Positions 1 to 11,900 of a DNA stretch of 64,000 nucleotides are shown piece after piece. Below the pieces are notes generated by a model. It ran no database searches. It was not told the DNA's origin and saw only the letters and a program-made list of their open reading frames with translations. Origin of the DNA: Camelus ferus. Its lineage: Eukaryota. Every line of letters starts with the position of its first letter. Positions within the stretch are counted from its first letter, which is position 1. The stretch covers positions 78,246,001 to 78,310,000 of the forward strand of contig NC_045697.1 of NCBI RefSeq assembly GCF_009834535.1. The letters are read 5' to 3'. The position numbers and the translations under genes were made by a program.

Positions 1-851
1 TAAAAGAGTGAAGATATATAAGCGCACACCAAATTTTGACTCTACAATTCATTACATAAGCATATATTTTAAATGTGCTTTTCCTCTAGCATTTTATTGA
101 TTCTATATATTATCTATTTGTAGAAACCTTAGCTAAAACAGAATAAAGCATGCACTATGAAACACTATTTATATAATTTGTAAGTCATAAGTTTCTTCCT
201 TGGGAGTAGAGAAAAGCAACAGAAAGAATATCTATAACCCAAGCTCTGCGTATCTGATGTAGTCTCATATAGAGAGAGGGACAGATATGATAATATAAGT
301 ATTCTGTATATGTTTGTTGACTTGTGTCCTAAGAAGATACTCATTTGATATTCATTTTACTGTGCCATGATATTATATATATAATATATAATCCAGAATA
401 TATTTTAATTAAAATTATTATATCTAAATTATATCATTATTTACTTTTTCAAAACCAACACATTTTGGTGGTAGGTTCATGTCTATAATCTTCCATTCTT
501 GTACACAAAGGAAAAGTAATTTAGTTTCACATTATAGGGCATATAAATTTCCTGATATAAATTTTGTACTAATTCTAATCATTTTTCCTGGCTCTGTGTA
601 GAAAGATACTCATCAACTAATCCGAGTTTGTCTTAATCTTAAATGTTTAGAAAAAAATATTGGCAAAAGAATTATCATCATCTTACAATAAAAACACACA
701 CAAAATGAGGATATGATTTGTGTAAATATTTCACCATTTTGTATGGCCAACTGTAATTTCTCATAGCACATATTTTTCCTTCACAGTAATCCACTGTTTG
801 TGTATTTAACAAAGTAAAGCTGAGAGATCCTGACTTTCATAAACTTCTTAC

Positions 852-1176
852 CAGAATCTCTTGGCATTATAATTTGCCTGTTGACTTTTAGTCCTAATTG
901 GTTCATTTATTTCAAGATGAAACAGCAAAAATGTTATAACTTGCTGATTGATATTTTGCCTTCTATAGTATTGTTCTTTCTCAAACATTAGAATGTAGTG
1001 TTCAAGAATATTTGTGGTAAGCATGTCTTTAAAGATATTTCCCCAAGGCAATATTCAGTTTCAAATTATGGTGATGATTTTGATGAAAAAATGGGTGCTA
1101 TAAGATGAATTTTTGTAGGTCAGTCAATGGGCTATTTTATAACAATAGCATTCGTTTTCTCCAGGCCTTAGCATGT
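852..1176 (-). other. candidate exon (325 nt) of an unidentified minus-strand spliced transcript
   Basis: Minus strand: acceptor ccttttttttccattggcttttttcatag|ACATG (AG at 1178-1177) and donor TTCTG|gtaaga (GT at 851-850). No recognisable protein. Splice motifs only. Confidence 0.3.
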
Positions 1177-1811
1177 CTATGAAAAAAGCCAATGGAAAAA
1201 AAGGATAGATAAACTGGATTCCAAGTATTAATGTATCAATACATCATATATTTCAAGTTTCTTCCTCTTAAAATGAGTTGTTTTTTTTTTTAAAAAAGGA
1301 TAGTTTCTGAAATTTTAAAACCAATTTTCTGAATATTTTGTAAAGATTCATTTGCATAAAATATTTATAATCTACATGCAGTGATAGTTAGATTAGTACT
1401 AGATTTAGAGTTGAGCTGCATGAAAGAACAAATGAATCTGTAGGAGAATGCTATAATATCTAGTTTAAAGGTGAAAATTCTGTGAGCCAACAACTATTTG
1501 TGTTAGGTGTAGCCTTAGTCATGACTCAAATCTCATTGAGACCTCTTACGAAAAAAGCATATCTCTTCCTTTGGTTTCAAGTATTAGACAGTAGTCTATT
1601 GTTTCAGATGCCTATCTCTAGGCTTGGACCAGTTTCTCCTCTCCCTGTTATCACTAAATCTCTTAGAAAGAGGGTGTTTTGGAGGAGGTGATAGCTTCAT
1701 GAGAAGAGAGAGAAAGTGACAGCAATTAAAAAGAGTAACACGACGGCTTGATGTATTAGAGAACTGTAAACATATTTTCATATCTGTCTGTCTATCTACC
1801 TATTGATCTAC

Positions 1812-1941
1812 CTGTGTAATCCATCTATCAGTCAAGCACACTTCCAAAGCTCATCTTTTAGTTCTGCTTCAGTTGGAATGCTTCTGTCTCCTGTTGATGG
1901 ATAGTGTTCCAGGGCTTGTTGTAGTTACCAGTTTCCACATC
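1812..1941 (-). other. candidate exon (about 130 nt), 3' boundary uncertain
   Basis: Minus strand: long U tract (1951-1971) then ctgtatacaag|GATGTGGAAAC. Only weak donors (CAG|gtagat at 1812, TAG|gtagat at 1800), so it could be a longer or terminal exon. Confidence 0.35.
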
Positions 1942-4900
1942 CTTGTATACAGAAAAAAGAAAAAAAAAAAACCCATGATGTATTATAATCAGACTCAGTC
2001 ACATTGAATATTGTGGTTTCTTCTATTTGATCCTGACTTGACTCACCAACCATCTCTATACCAGTGTCTCATTTTCAGAAAAGATTCCCAAAATAAGACA
2101 TTTTAAGTTTACACCTAGAATTGCAGTAACTTTAAAGCTCTTAGATTATCTAGATCTTTCCATTCCAGATATTATTTTAAATATAAAATTATTTTGCTGG
2201 TATCTGTTCAAGCATTGAACCAGTTGTCACCAGTGTCCTTAATGTTCGGAAAGGGCAAATTTTCTCAGATACTGAATAGTCATTTAAATTACATTGCAGA
2301 CGTTTTCCTAAGAAGGATCCAAATTCAATATTCAAAATATCCATAAAGGTATTTTCATCAAAACATTGCACATATTCGAACAAAAACAGGTAATATTATA
2401 GGAAAAATTAAATCATGATGATATTATATAAATTCCTTAGTTTATCAAATATTTCTTTTACTTCTTAAAGTATGCATATTATCATCAGGTTTAAAAACTA
2501 GTGATTCATTAGATAAACTTTAGAGATATTCATTGTGATCGTTCTTGGTATAATGGAATTTTATCTTTGAATCAGAAATAACATCCTCTGGAAAGTTTTC
2601 CTAAATCTAAAAGCCTTTAGTTAATTGAAGTAGTCATCTACTGTTTTTTGTTTCTTTCAAAATAAACATCAATATTCATCTGATTCTTGATATACTGATT
2701 AAAAAACAAACAATGCCACTGTTTATTTTTTTTACATAAAATGCATTTCCTTTCTTTGCTTGTACAAAATAAAGAAAAGGCATATTTTAAAGAATAGAAA
2801 TGTAAAGCATTCTTTAGAAAAACCTATCATAATGGCTGATATTAATTGTCACTGAGTTGACACTCAGTTTATAACTGCTTTTGTCAACAATCCAGTGTCA
2901 TATAAATTTTAATATAGCCTATATTGCTTTTAAAGAATGGTTTAGAACAAGTCAACTGTTCTGACGTCACATAGAACAAGACTGGTGCCAAAATGACAAA
3001 TACTTTCCTCTGTTAATAAATGATGTATTATCACTTTTTGAAGTTGATCCTCTGCTAGGAACATAGAAAGAAGTACATTTAATAACTTGATTTATTTTGT
3101 ACAATTTAATGAAGAAACTGGTTCAGACAAGCCTGTTTGAAATAGTTTTCCAGAGAAGTAAATACTCTTACTTTATAAATGTCATGTTTATTTTTTAAAG
3201 TTTCATAGTTTATTTGAAAATATTCTTTTTTATACCTTTTTTTCAAGGAGTCCCATTTCAGACATATATGTTGCAAAACTTAAAACTATTAGCAATGGTT
3301 CTGTTATTGTAAATAAATGTATCTTGTCAAAATCTACTTTAAATTCTCTTCAATGGGGTACTATGTGTTTGATAGCAGTAATTTTTAGTCAAATTAACAA
3401 ATTAAATAAAATTCTCTACATCTTCAAAGCTGCTTTTTAAAAACATTTCTTTGCCAATATGGCAAAGAATAAACAATTTCCTTCCCCAATGATTAGAGTG
3501 GTTTTGAGCTACCACCCCAAGTGCCCAGCACTTCCACGCTCCGGCTGGAAAGCGTGGAGATATGAGCTTGCAGGTCCTGGGAATTTTCTTCTTCCCACAG
3601 GTATGTGTACCCACTTAATGAAATTCAGAGCCTTCCCAGGAATAAAGCTCTCAGGAGAACCCGGGACCTTTAATATTAATTGTGAGCATTCTAGAACGCT
3701 GTACTGTGTAAAGCAGTCATTGCAAATTTAGAGTAAAACAAACAGCAAAACCCAAACAAACCAAAATAGTCTGTGTCCCCTGATATGTTGCTAATTTTTT
3801 TAAAATGAGTACTAAACTGTGTATTTTTATCTCACGTGTAATCTAACCAGACTAGTTACCCATGTCTTAAAAAGGCAAATCCTTGTGTTGCCATCTTTGC
3901 ATCAGTCAATTTTTTTTTATTGCACTTATCCCAACTTAAGTGCATCCCAAATATTCATGATATATCAATACTCAATGTGTGTATGCCCAGGTATTAGGAT
4001 AAGAAACAAATGTATTTTAGAGGTTATACACAGTTGATCTACATGGCTAAGCCATAATTAATTTATTTTATTATTGTGAAAGTAATGTCTCAAATAAAAT
4101 TTCATTCAAAAATCCAAATTTTTCATATTGAATGATTTATAGGGTTTGTGATTACTTAGTAGTTAAACATATTAGGCTTATTTTGAATCTAGTGACACAC
4201 ACTGTTCCTTGTATGGAATGCTGGGATTGTGATGGAATGCAGAGATAGAATGGTGTTGAAATAAAGGAAACTACTCCATAAGAGTCGTAAGAAAGATTAA
4301 GAATGTTATGAATTGTTTTCTGGCTTTGATGTGTGCCACCTTTAATACGAGTGTTTTGTCTTATATTGTCTTTCTGTGGTATTAAACTTTGACTTAGTGG
4401 TTACTGCCAAATCCATCTCTTTTTTCCCTGAAATGATTTAGCTGTAATAAGAAACTTGTTTTTCTTTTCTCCCTTTTACACTTTTTCTGCACAACTTTGC
4501 TTTATTCTTTAACCCCTCCTCCCCAAATCCAAATGAAGTATCACGACTTTTAGACTTCAAAGCAATTTTTTTAAAGTCCAGTTACTCACTTGAAAGAAAG
4601 TGTAACTCTTTTCCATGCTGTATATGATTTGTTCTTCTAAATAAGCTACATCAGCAATTTGAATTTATTTCTAGAATGTTGGTGGGAAAATTGATTTAAA
4701 ATACTTTTAAAATTAATGGTGCATTAAAAGTTTTCTTTTTTTCTCTTTAGTTTATCTAGACTGGTTTAAGAGGCCCAAATAAAACTTGGGTGCTAAGATG
4801 AAAGTATTTTATAAAAATAAGGCACTAAAAGTTTTTGAACTTATTTTGGAAATCTAACAAGGTTTCTAAGTTTGTTCTCAGGATACAATTTAAAGGGTAA

Positions 4901-5579
4901 ATAATTATTGTATAGGGTAAAATAGGAGCTAATGTGGGTAAACTTTTGGAAAGCACAATCTGTGTACATTTTATTGACCAACTGTCTGGCCCAGTACTAG
5001 GCATGCAGAAAGCCATCAGTATCTACTTCTGGAATTGTATTGAACTGAATTTTGACAGCAGCGGAGCAAGGTCTCGATCACAGCAAAAAGGTCTCACATC
5101 TTAAGGTTTCCCTTTCTTATGGTAAACAAACCTAAGTAAACTTAAACATTGAAACTTATCTGCCATTAATTTTTCAGTAAATTTTAATTTTTATTCAATA
5201 ATCCTCAAGAGATTGATTGTCATTAACAGTTAATAAATGAAAGATAAAGCTTGCCTTGACAATAAGCCAAGAGGACTTTTAGTACAAATCTGGATATTTT
5301 CCACTTTATTCCTCTCTTCCTGACACATACTTTCCTTTTCTTTCAAAATTTAATAAGAGAAGGAACTTCGATTGAAGACAGTTTTCTAACCAGTCTTTTT
5401 ACATTTACCACCTTGATTGCTAAGGACATCCCTTCACTGGTTTAGGACCCATTTATGATCTTCAAATTCAAAACAAAGATATTATTTTTGTAAATAATCC
5501 TTTCTAATTTAGTATTTTATAAGAGCAAATTTATAAATATATTAATGAGCACATTTAGGAAAAAAACACTTGAACTTCT

Positions 5580-5680
5580 ATTTTGTCTCTATAATGATGA
5601 ATACTTTTTTTCTTTAAGTGTTTAGCAAAATGTCTTATACAGAGTAAGAATTTAGTAAGTTTGTTGTAAGAAGAATACAA
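5580..5680 (+). mobile_element. decayed L2 3' end fragment
   Basis: agtgtttagcaaaatgtcttatacagagtaagaatttagtaagtttgttg resembles the L2 3' terminus. Confidence 0.4.
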
Positions 5681-7478
5681 AAAAAATTACTTTTGACAAG
5701 ACAGTTAGGTCTGTGACAATTACCCCATTATGCAGCCTAAAAGTAGAAATGTCATATATTCTATCACTGGAAGTACTTAGCACAATATACATTTAAAAAT
5801 CTGTGAATCATTTTTAAAATCTCTAAAATCAACTAAGGAAATCCAGCTGGAGTTTTTGTTGATCTTACTTTATGTTAAAGCTGCCTCTTCAGGTATGTAG
5901 TATGAACATGTAAACATATATACTGTGGGTGTATGTTTGTATACATAGGAAGTAAACACATGCATGAAGTGTATATATGCATTTAAAGTAAACCATACTT
6001 TCTGTTTTACATGGTGTTTTCATGGGTGCTTTATTTTCCTCATTTTTGATTGATCTCCAGTTGGCAGTATCGCCCAGCATTTGAGCTCTAATTTTTTTGC
6101 TCCCATAGCCTCTTTGTCAAGTAGCTAATGATCTGTAAGCAAACACTTAAATAGGGAGCTCCCTATTTACAGGACACCATCTGTGAATTCTTTTGTGATG
6201 TGAATAATCACATCCTAATTTATCTGTTTTCCAAGTGATCCGGTTTTCTTAAAGAAAAGCTATCTGGAGGTATTATTTTAGAATATGAAGACAAAGAAAA
6301 TCGATCTCTCGGGTGCCCCTGCTGTTTGAAAGTCTTGAAGAAAATTCTACCAAGATTTAAGAACACATTTGATGACGTAAGAAACATATAATTAATAACA
6401 AAGCAGAATCCTCTGTTAGGACCATACAGATCAAGGCCAATGAGGAAATTCAAAGCTAGGGCTGTTTAATATGCAATAATATATTCCTATAATTCATGAT
6501 AATTTGTTGTGAAGATATAGATAAATGCTACTCCATATTTTGGAGTAAAATAAAACCACTAATTATCTGGGAAATTTACTTCTCCCCTCTTTCCTCACAT
6601 CTCTCTGTATTTATAAAAATATGGTTATTTTTTAAAATATTGTATAATTAAACTCTAAATATATATATTCAGTGTAATTTATTTCACCATCAAGTTTTAG
6701 GTAGGAGAGGATCACTAGTCTGGTGTACGAAAGCTTTTACAAAGACCAATGGTTAGAGTCATTATGGCTTAGGAAAACCTGAAGTGGTTTCTATGGAAAC
6801 CATGACAGTTAAGCAATGAAATAATTTAAAATAGTATTTAATATTTGTATCTACTTCCTCTAAAATAAAAATAGCAACCTAAACTTTTCAGGTAATTATA
6901 CATTTTTTCCCAAAGTGCTGCATTTTAAAATCCCTTTAATTATACAGATAAAAATTAATATGACAAAGTACTGTACCTATGAGGAAAAAGGAACACAACT
7001 CATTTCTTCACAGACATATAGACAGTTTTATCCAAGGGCTGTATGAAACTGATGCCCAAAGTACACTGGCTAAACATTGTAGTAAAATTTGGAGGAAAAA
7101 TGCAGAATTTTGTTAATATGCTCAATTAATGATCATTGATTATAAGTATTTCATAAATTCTATAAGGGATTCAATTAAAATTAATAATTTTGTTTATCTG
7201 TATTTGACTGAAGTTTTATTTTTTGGTGGGAGGAACTTGGTAGTAGAATGTTGTTCCTTGTTTTGTGAGAGTAAAATTAAGTCTTACTAACTAATATCAA
7301 TGTCTCATTTCAGGAGGATAAAAATATGCCTATTTAGGAACATATTTTGATACATAGTAGATTTCTTGAAGGCCATATGGAGGGGTAAGTATAAATTTTT
7401 TCTAGAGCTTCCATTAAAGGCCTGAACATATATTTTAAAATAAGATGATTTTTTATTTTCTAAGGACATTTCTTCATA

Positions 7479-7484
7479 TGTGTA

Positions 7485-7521
<37 letters not shown>
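7479..7521. repeat. (TG)n microsatellite
   Basis: Pure (TG)15 at 7491-7520, with an imperfect lead-in. Confidence 0.97.
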
Positions 7522-7524
<3 letters not shown>

Positions 7525-7971
7525 GCTTTCCTGGAAAACCTAAAAGATCTCCAGTTTTTATTTTCTAAAATCTTGTGCTATTTTAAAATGTGAAATTCAT
7601 CAAAGCATGTTTAAACTAGCATCTCAGAATTTAGTTTATCACTGAAAGCAAATACTTTTATGAAACATCCAACTGTTTCTTAAAATGGCATAAAAATGCT
7701 TAAAGTAGGGAATCTAAGATATTAGTGCTATAGCACTATTTTTGTCATGTGTGTTTTCCCCTATCTTTTCCGTGCAATCATAAATTTTTTAAGCATTTGC
7801 CTGTCAGATATGATCTCAGAAATTTGCTCTCCAATTTGTGTAATATCAGGAGTATCTACAAGGACCTGAAAAATAGGATCTGGTTGGAAATAATCCACTG
7901 TAATCCCAATACAGAAATCAAGGGAGAAAATGGTCACAGCAATAAATTATTCTTTCATTCACTCTTGTTAC

Positions 7972-8047
7972 CTTGAGTCCACCAATTTTTTCAAATCCCC
8001 CTGATTAAGGCCACTGCCTACCACCTCATTCAAAAAAAATGTCTTAA
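7972..8047 (-). other. candidate exon (76 nt)
   Basis: Minus strand: acceptor tttcctgcatttttag|TTAAG (AG at 8049-8048) and donor TCAAG|gtaaca (GT at 7971-7970). Confidence 0.3.
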
Positions 8048-8669
8048 CTAAAAATGCAGGAAACTATCAAGTAAGCAAATTAGGTCAACAATTTTGATTT
8101 GGTTTTAGAATTGTGAAAGTCATTTAAAATATTCTTAGAGAACCGATTATGAATATGGCACGAAGCAACAGCTCTCAATTTCCGGTTATAAATTGTATAA
8201 AAAAGGCCAAAAAGTTTAGAATATGGCTCAAATACTCCGACCCTGTAATTCTCAGTAATAAAATGTGTAATGTTTTACTCTCCTCATTTTAGTGCATAAT
8301 AAATTTAATGTTTTCAAAAGCGCGTATTTATTTAGGGTTACGGTATAGTCTGTACGTTAGAGCTACATTTTGCATGCCCTTCTGTAAAGAACAGAATGGT
8401 CATAGAGGATTAGTGTAGCCAGTTTTCGTTAAAGAATCTATCAAGCTTAAAAAAAATATTAACATATTGCAACTGGAGTATTGTATTAAAAAGCCTTCTT
8501 CAGTCCTCGAAAAGTTTCAGAAACAATGACAAGGGCAGTATTGTGAGAGAACTCAGTGCCTCACTCGAGCGCAGTGGCTTTGATAGTAATAATGTCAATC
8601 CACACATTTGAAGGATTAAAACTGAACCTGTTGTTTGTGTTTAGCATATTGTGAGTTTCAAAGCCTTAC

Positions 8670-8742
8670 CATTTTACAGCTGCTGTGGATCAGTAAATTG
8701 AAGTTTCTTTCTGATCTCCTCTAAACACTGGGTTTCTGTTTT
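8670..8742 (-). other. candidate exon (73 nt)
   Basis: Minus strand: acceptor gtgttgctccctccacag|AAAACAG (AG at 8744-8743), purine-rich body, donor AAATG|gtaagg (GT at 8669-8668). Confidence 0.4.
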
Positions 8743-8965
8743 CTGTGGAGGGAGCAACACTTCTGGGGACACTGGGGACACTTACTGCCTCCCGACTTTA
8801 TTCTCTGGGTAGTTGGATCATGACGAACAGGTACTCACAGCGCGGTGCCCGGATGCCAGTCACTGAATATGAGGCTCCTGTTTGGTATGTTCCTACTTTA
8901 CAGAGACACTCTTCAGTAGTTCTGAAGTTCCCAGATTCAATTAAATTTCATTTTTTCATACTTAC

Positions 8966-8977
8966 TGTATTCATTTT
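8966..8977 (-). other. candidate 12-nt microexon, or 3' end of a longer exon
   Basis: Minus strand: catttatttctatgacag|AAAATGAATACA|gtaagtat. Good donor, modest acceptor. Confidence 0.22.
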
Positions 8978-11900
8978 CTGTCATAGAAATAAATGTTTTC
9001 AAATTGTATATAATTTCTCAAATTCAAAATGCCCATGGAGCAACATAATTTTATGAAAATGTATTATTTCCTAGCCTCACACTTTCACAGACTGTAGACT
9101 GCTTTGGTGTATGTGTTAATAGTGCTTCGATTTGTTTAAAAATGCAGCTATTTAGTAATGTGAGTTTTTATTGCTGACAAGAAAAATTGACTATGCAGTA
9201 TGATAATGTTTTTTTCTGACCTGATATACAAAATGAAAGCTTTGCTTATTTATTTGATTAAAACGAGAAAGTGCAAGGGCACTCAGGTTTGTGTTGTATA
9301 GAATAGAACTTATTTTATCTGTCACTTTCATAACCTTTAAAGAGCCTTAAATAGTACATATGAAAAACACATTCATATCAGGTTCCCCTTGGGGATTTTT
9401 TCTTTGGTTTAAGAAAATTTTATTAAAAATCGGCATTGCAAATAACATTTTTCATAACTATATGTAGACCTGTTAAAATTTTTATTAAAACTGGAGTTCG
9501 GCCTGTTCTTTTTCATCATTCTATCAGATATTAAACTCCTGCAGCAGCTGTAGGAAATAGAGAAAGGGATTTTCAAAGGGATTTGAGTCTCCCTGTCTCT
9601 GTGCCTTTAGTGATCATATTATCATAACTATCACACATAACAAAGCTCTAAATCTGTAATTCAGATAAAGTAGTCAGGACTCCGAAATACAAAAATCCAA
9701 ACATATGCCGTAACATTTTTTTGCAATGCTGGCTCTTTTAACATGGATTTTGTAAACTTGGAGAGGCATTCAAGAGATTTTGTATATGAACACAAACTAC
9801 ACAACATTGGTAGCAGTGTGTTTGACAGAGATTTAATTAGAGGTATTTTCATACATCCACACAGTTCCATTAAAAGACCATGGCTGCATGTGCTAGCAAA
9901 TTATGATCAAACCTCTAAAGGTTAATAAGAATGAAATCAGAAGCTTGTTTTCAAGCCAGGTCTATACTGGATCTTTGTCTAACTCTTCAATTGGGGCTGA
10001 GGTCTCTCTCAAGAGAGCAACATTCCTTAAATGCAGTGTTAAAAATGGTAAGTGTGACCACATAACTCCTTTGTGAATTAAGTAGGTTAAAAATGAGGGT
10101 AATAAAACTGTGAATGGGCTGAAGTAGAAATTAAAATTACACAAAAAGAATTTTGTGAGTTTTTTCCTCACATTTATAGGACAAATTTAAAACTTGATGT
10201 CTACATAAAAAGATTTGCGCTCTGAAAGTTGGTAAGACTCACATCAGAATTTCCAACCAGTTTGTAAATGAGCAGCTATATGTATATATTTATTGTAACA
10301 GTGCCTTCTGCTGGTCACACCTTATTTATGATGTAAGTGAGTATACTGAATAGTAATGAAAACTTGCATTTATCCTAAATTATTCTTGGGCATATTTATT
10401 GCCTTGATTAAAGTATTTCTGTGAATTGCAACTTTTATGCATAAGAAATACAGAGTCTTAGAGATTAGCACATTTTATTTCTGTTATACTTTAGCAGTAA
10501 TTAGACCTTTTGAAAAGTTTCTCCTAGGGGGAAAATTATTTCCAAAATAAGACAACTTGAAATGTGGAATATTTTCTCCTGTTTATTTTTATTGTTTTTC
10601 TGATTTTGAAATTGATCTTGTCCTTACTGGCATTTTTCTTTTTAGCTTTTCAGTCACATTGTATCTAATTAAAATTAGTAGAATCTTTATATATTATCAA
10701 TATCTATAAAATTTTTGAATTATGACATTTATTTGTAAATTGAGAAATACAGCAGAATTTAAAATATAATTTAACTGACAAAACATTTTTAGTGAAAATT
10801 GTATAAGATTCTTCTAAATATGAAGGCATAACAAAGGTGGTTGGTTTTAAATTTGCTTTGAAAAAGAATCACATAATTAAAAAGAGAAGCATGTAGATTT
10901 GTGAATAAAAGTTGTATTTTTCAAAAAAATAGAATAGCTCTTGTGACATCAAGTAATTCATCTTTAGTATACAATAAAGATGCCAATAAAATCCATTTAT
11001 GAACCCATATTTCAATTTTAATTATTTAACAAAGAGTGTACATAGATAATTATAGAATAATTATTTTTCTACCAAAAATGCTCCAATTAATTTTACAGGG
11101 GAATAATTTACACTGAATGAGGTGTCATGCTGCAATAACCTTTTAAAGAAATTTTGGACATTTGACAATCTGTGATAAATTTAAAATCTCTCCTGTGGGA
11201 AAAATATTTTACATTGGTTTCTTAAGTGTTAAATCTTGCTTTTATTGCTTGAAGCAACATTTTACAGAAGCTTTATCACACAAATTAAAATTCTGAGTAT
11301 CTGATCAAATTTATTCTTTTCATTAGAAAAAATTACTTCAGTAGGGATAATTCTGCTTATGTTAGACATGCTGTAAATTAGAAGGAAACTTCATGATGCC
11401 CTATCCCACAGACATTGCACATGAGGGCTCACTGGTGCTAACTCAACTAAAATCAGAGAAACTTCATGAAGACTGAATCCCAACAGGGGCAAATTGTTAG
11501 GATGCTCAATTCAGAATTTGGAATAACCCACATGACCATAATGTTCAACAGAGAAAACACCATATGTTTATTTCCTCCCAGTTATTTATTCCAATAATCA
11601 TCTTCTCTAGTAGTGAAATGCTGTCATTATATCTTAACATGAATGGAAGAAAGGTCAGAATGAGAAACACGAAGTACAGTATTTTTAGAAATACTGTTCC
11701 AGTGAGATTTGAATCAACGAAGAAAAAAAAATTTAATAGAAGAAAGAGCTAGAAAAGGAGTGGTTAAAGATGAAAGGGCTCTGTTTCAGACTTAGAGACC
11801 AGCATCTTCAGTCATTCCTGTGGAAGAAATCCCTCATTAGCTTTACAATGATTACATCCGTGTTGTTTACCGTGTGGCATCCATAACAAGGGTAGAGGTG

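Noticed and set aside
7723..7738. 16-bp palindrome tagtgctatagcacta
   Set aside because: About one of this length is expected by chance in 64 kb of AT-rich DNA.
8665..10052. AAAATGGTAAG on the minus strand at 8665-8675 and on the plus strand at 10042-10052, suggesting divergent ATG-ending first exons
   Set aside because: An 11-nt AT-rich match 1.4 kb apart is plausible by chance, and no promoter or CpG island is visible between them.
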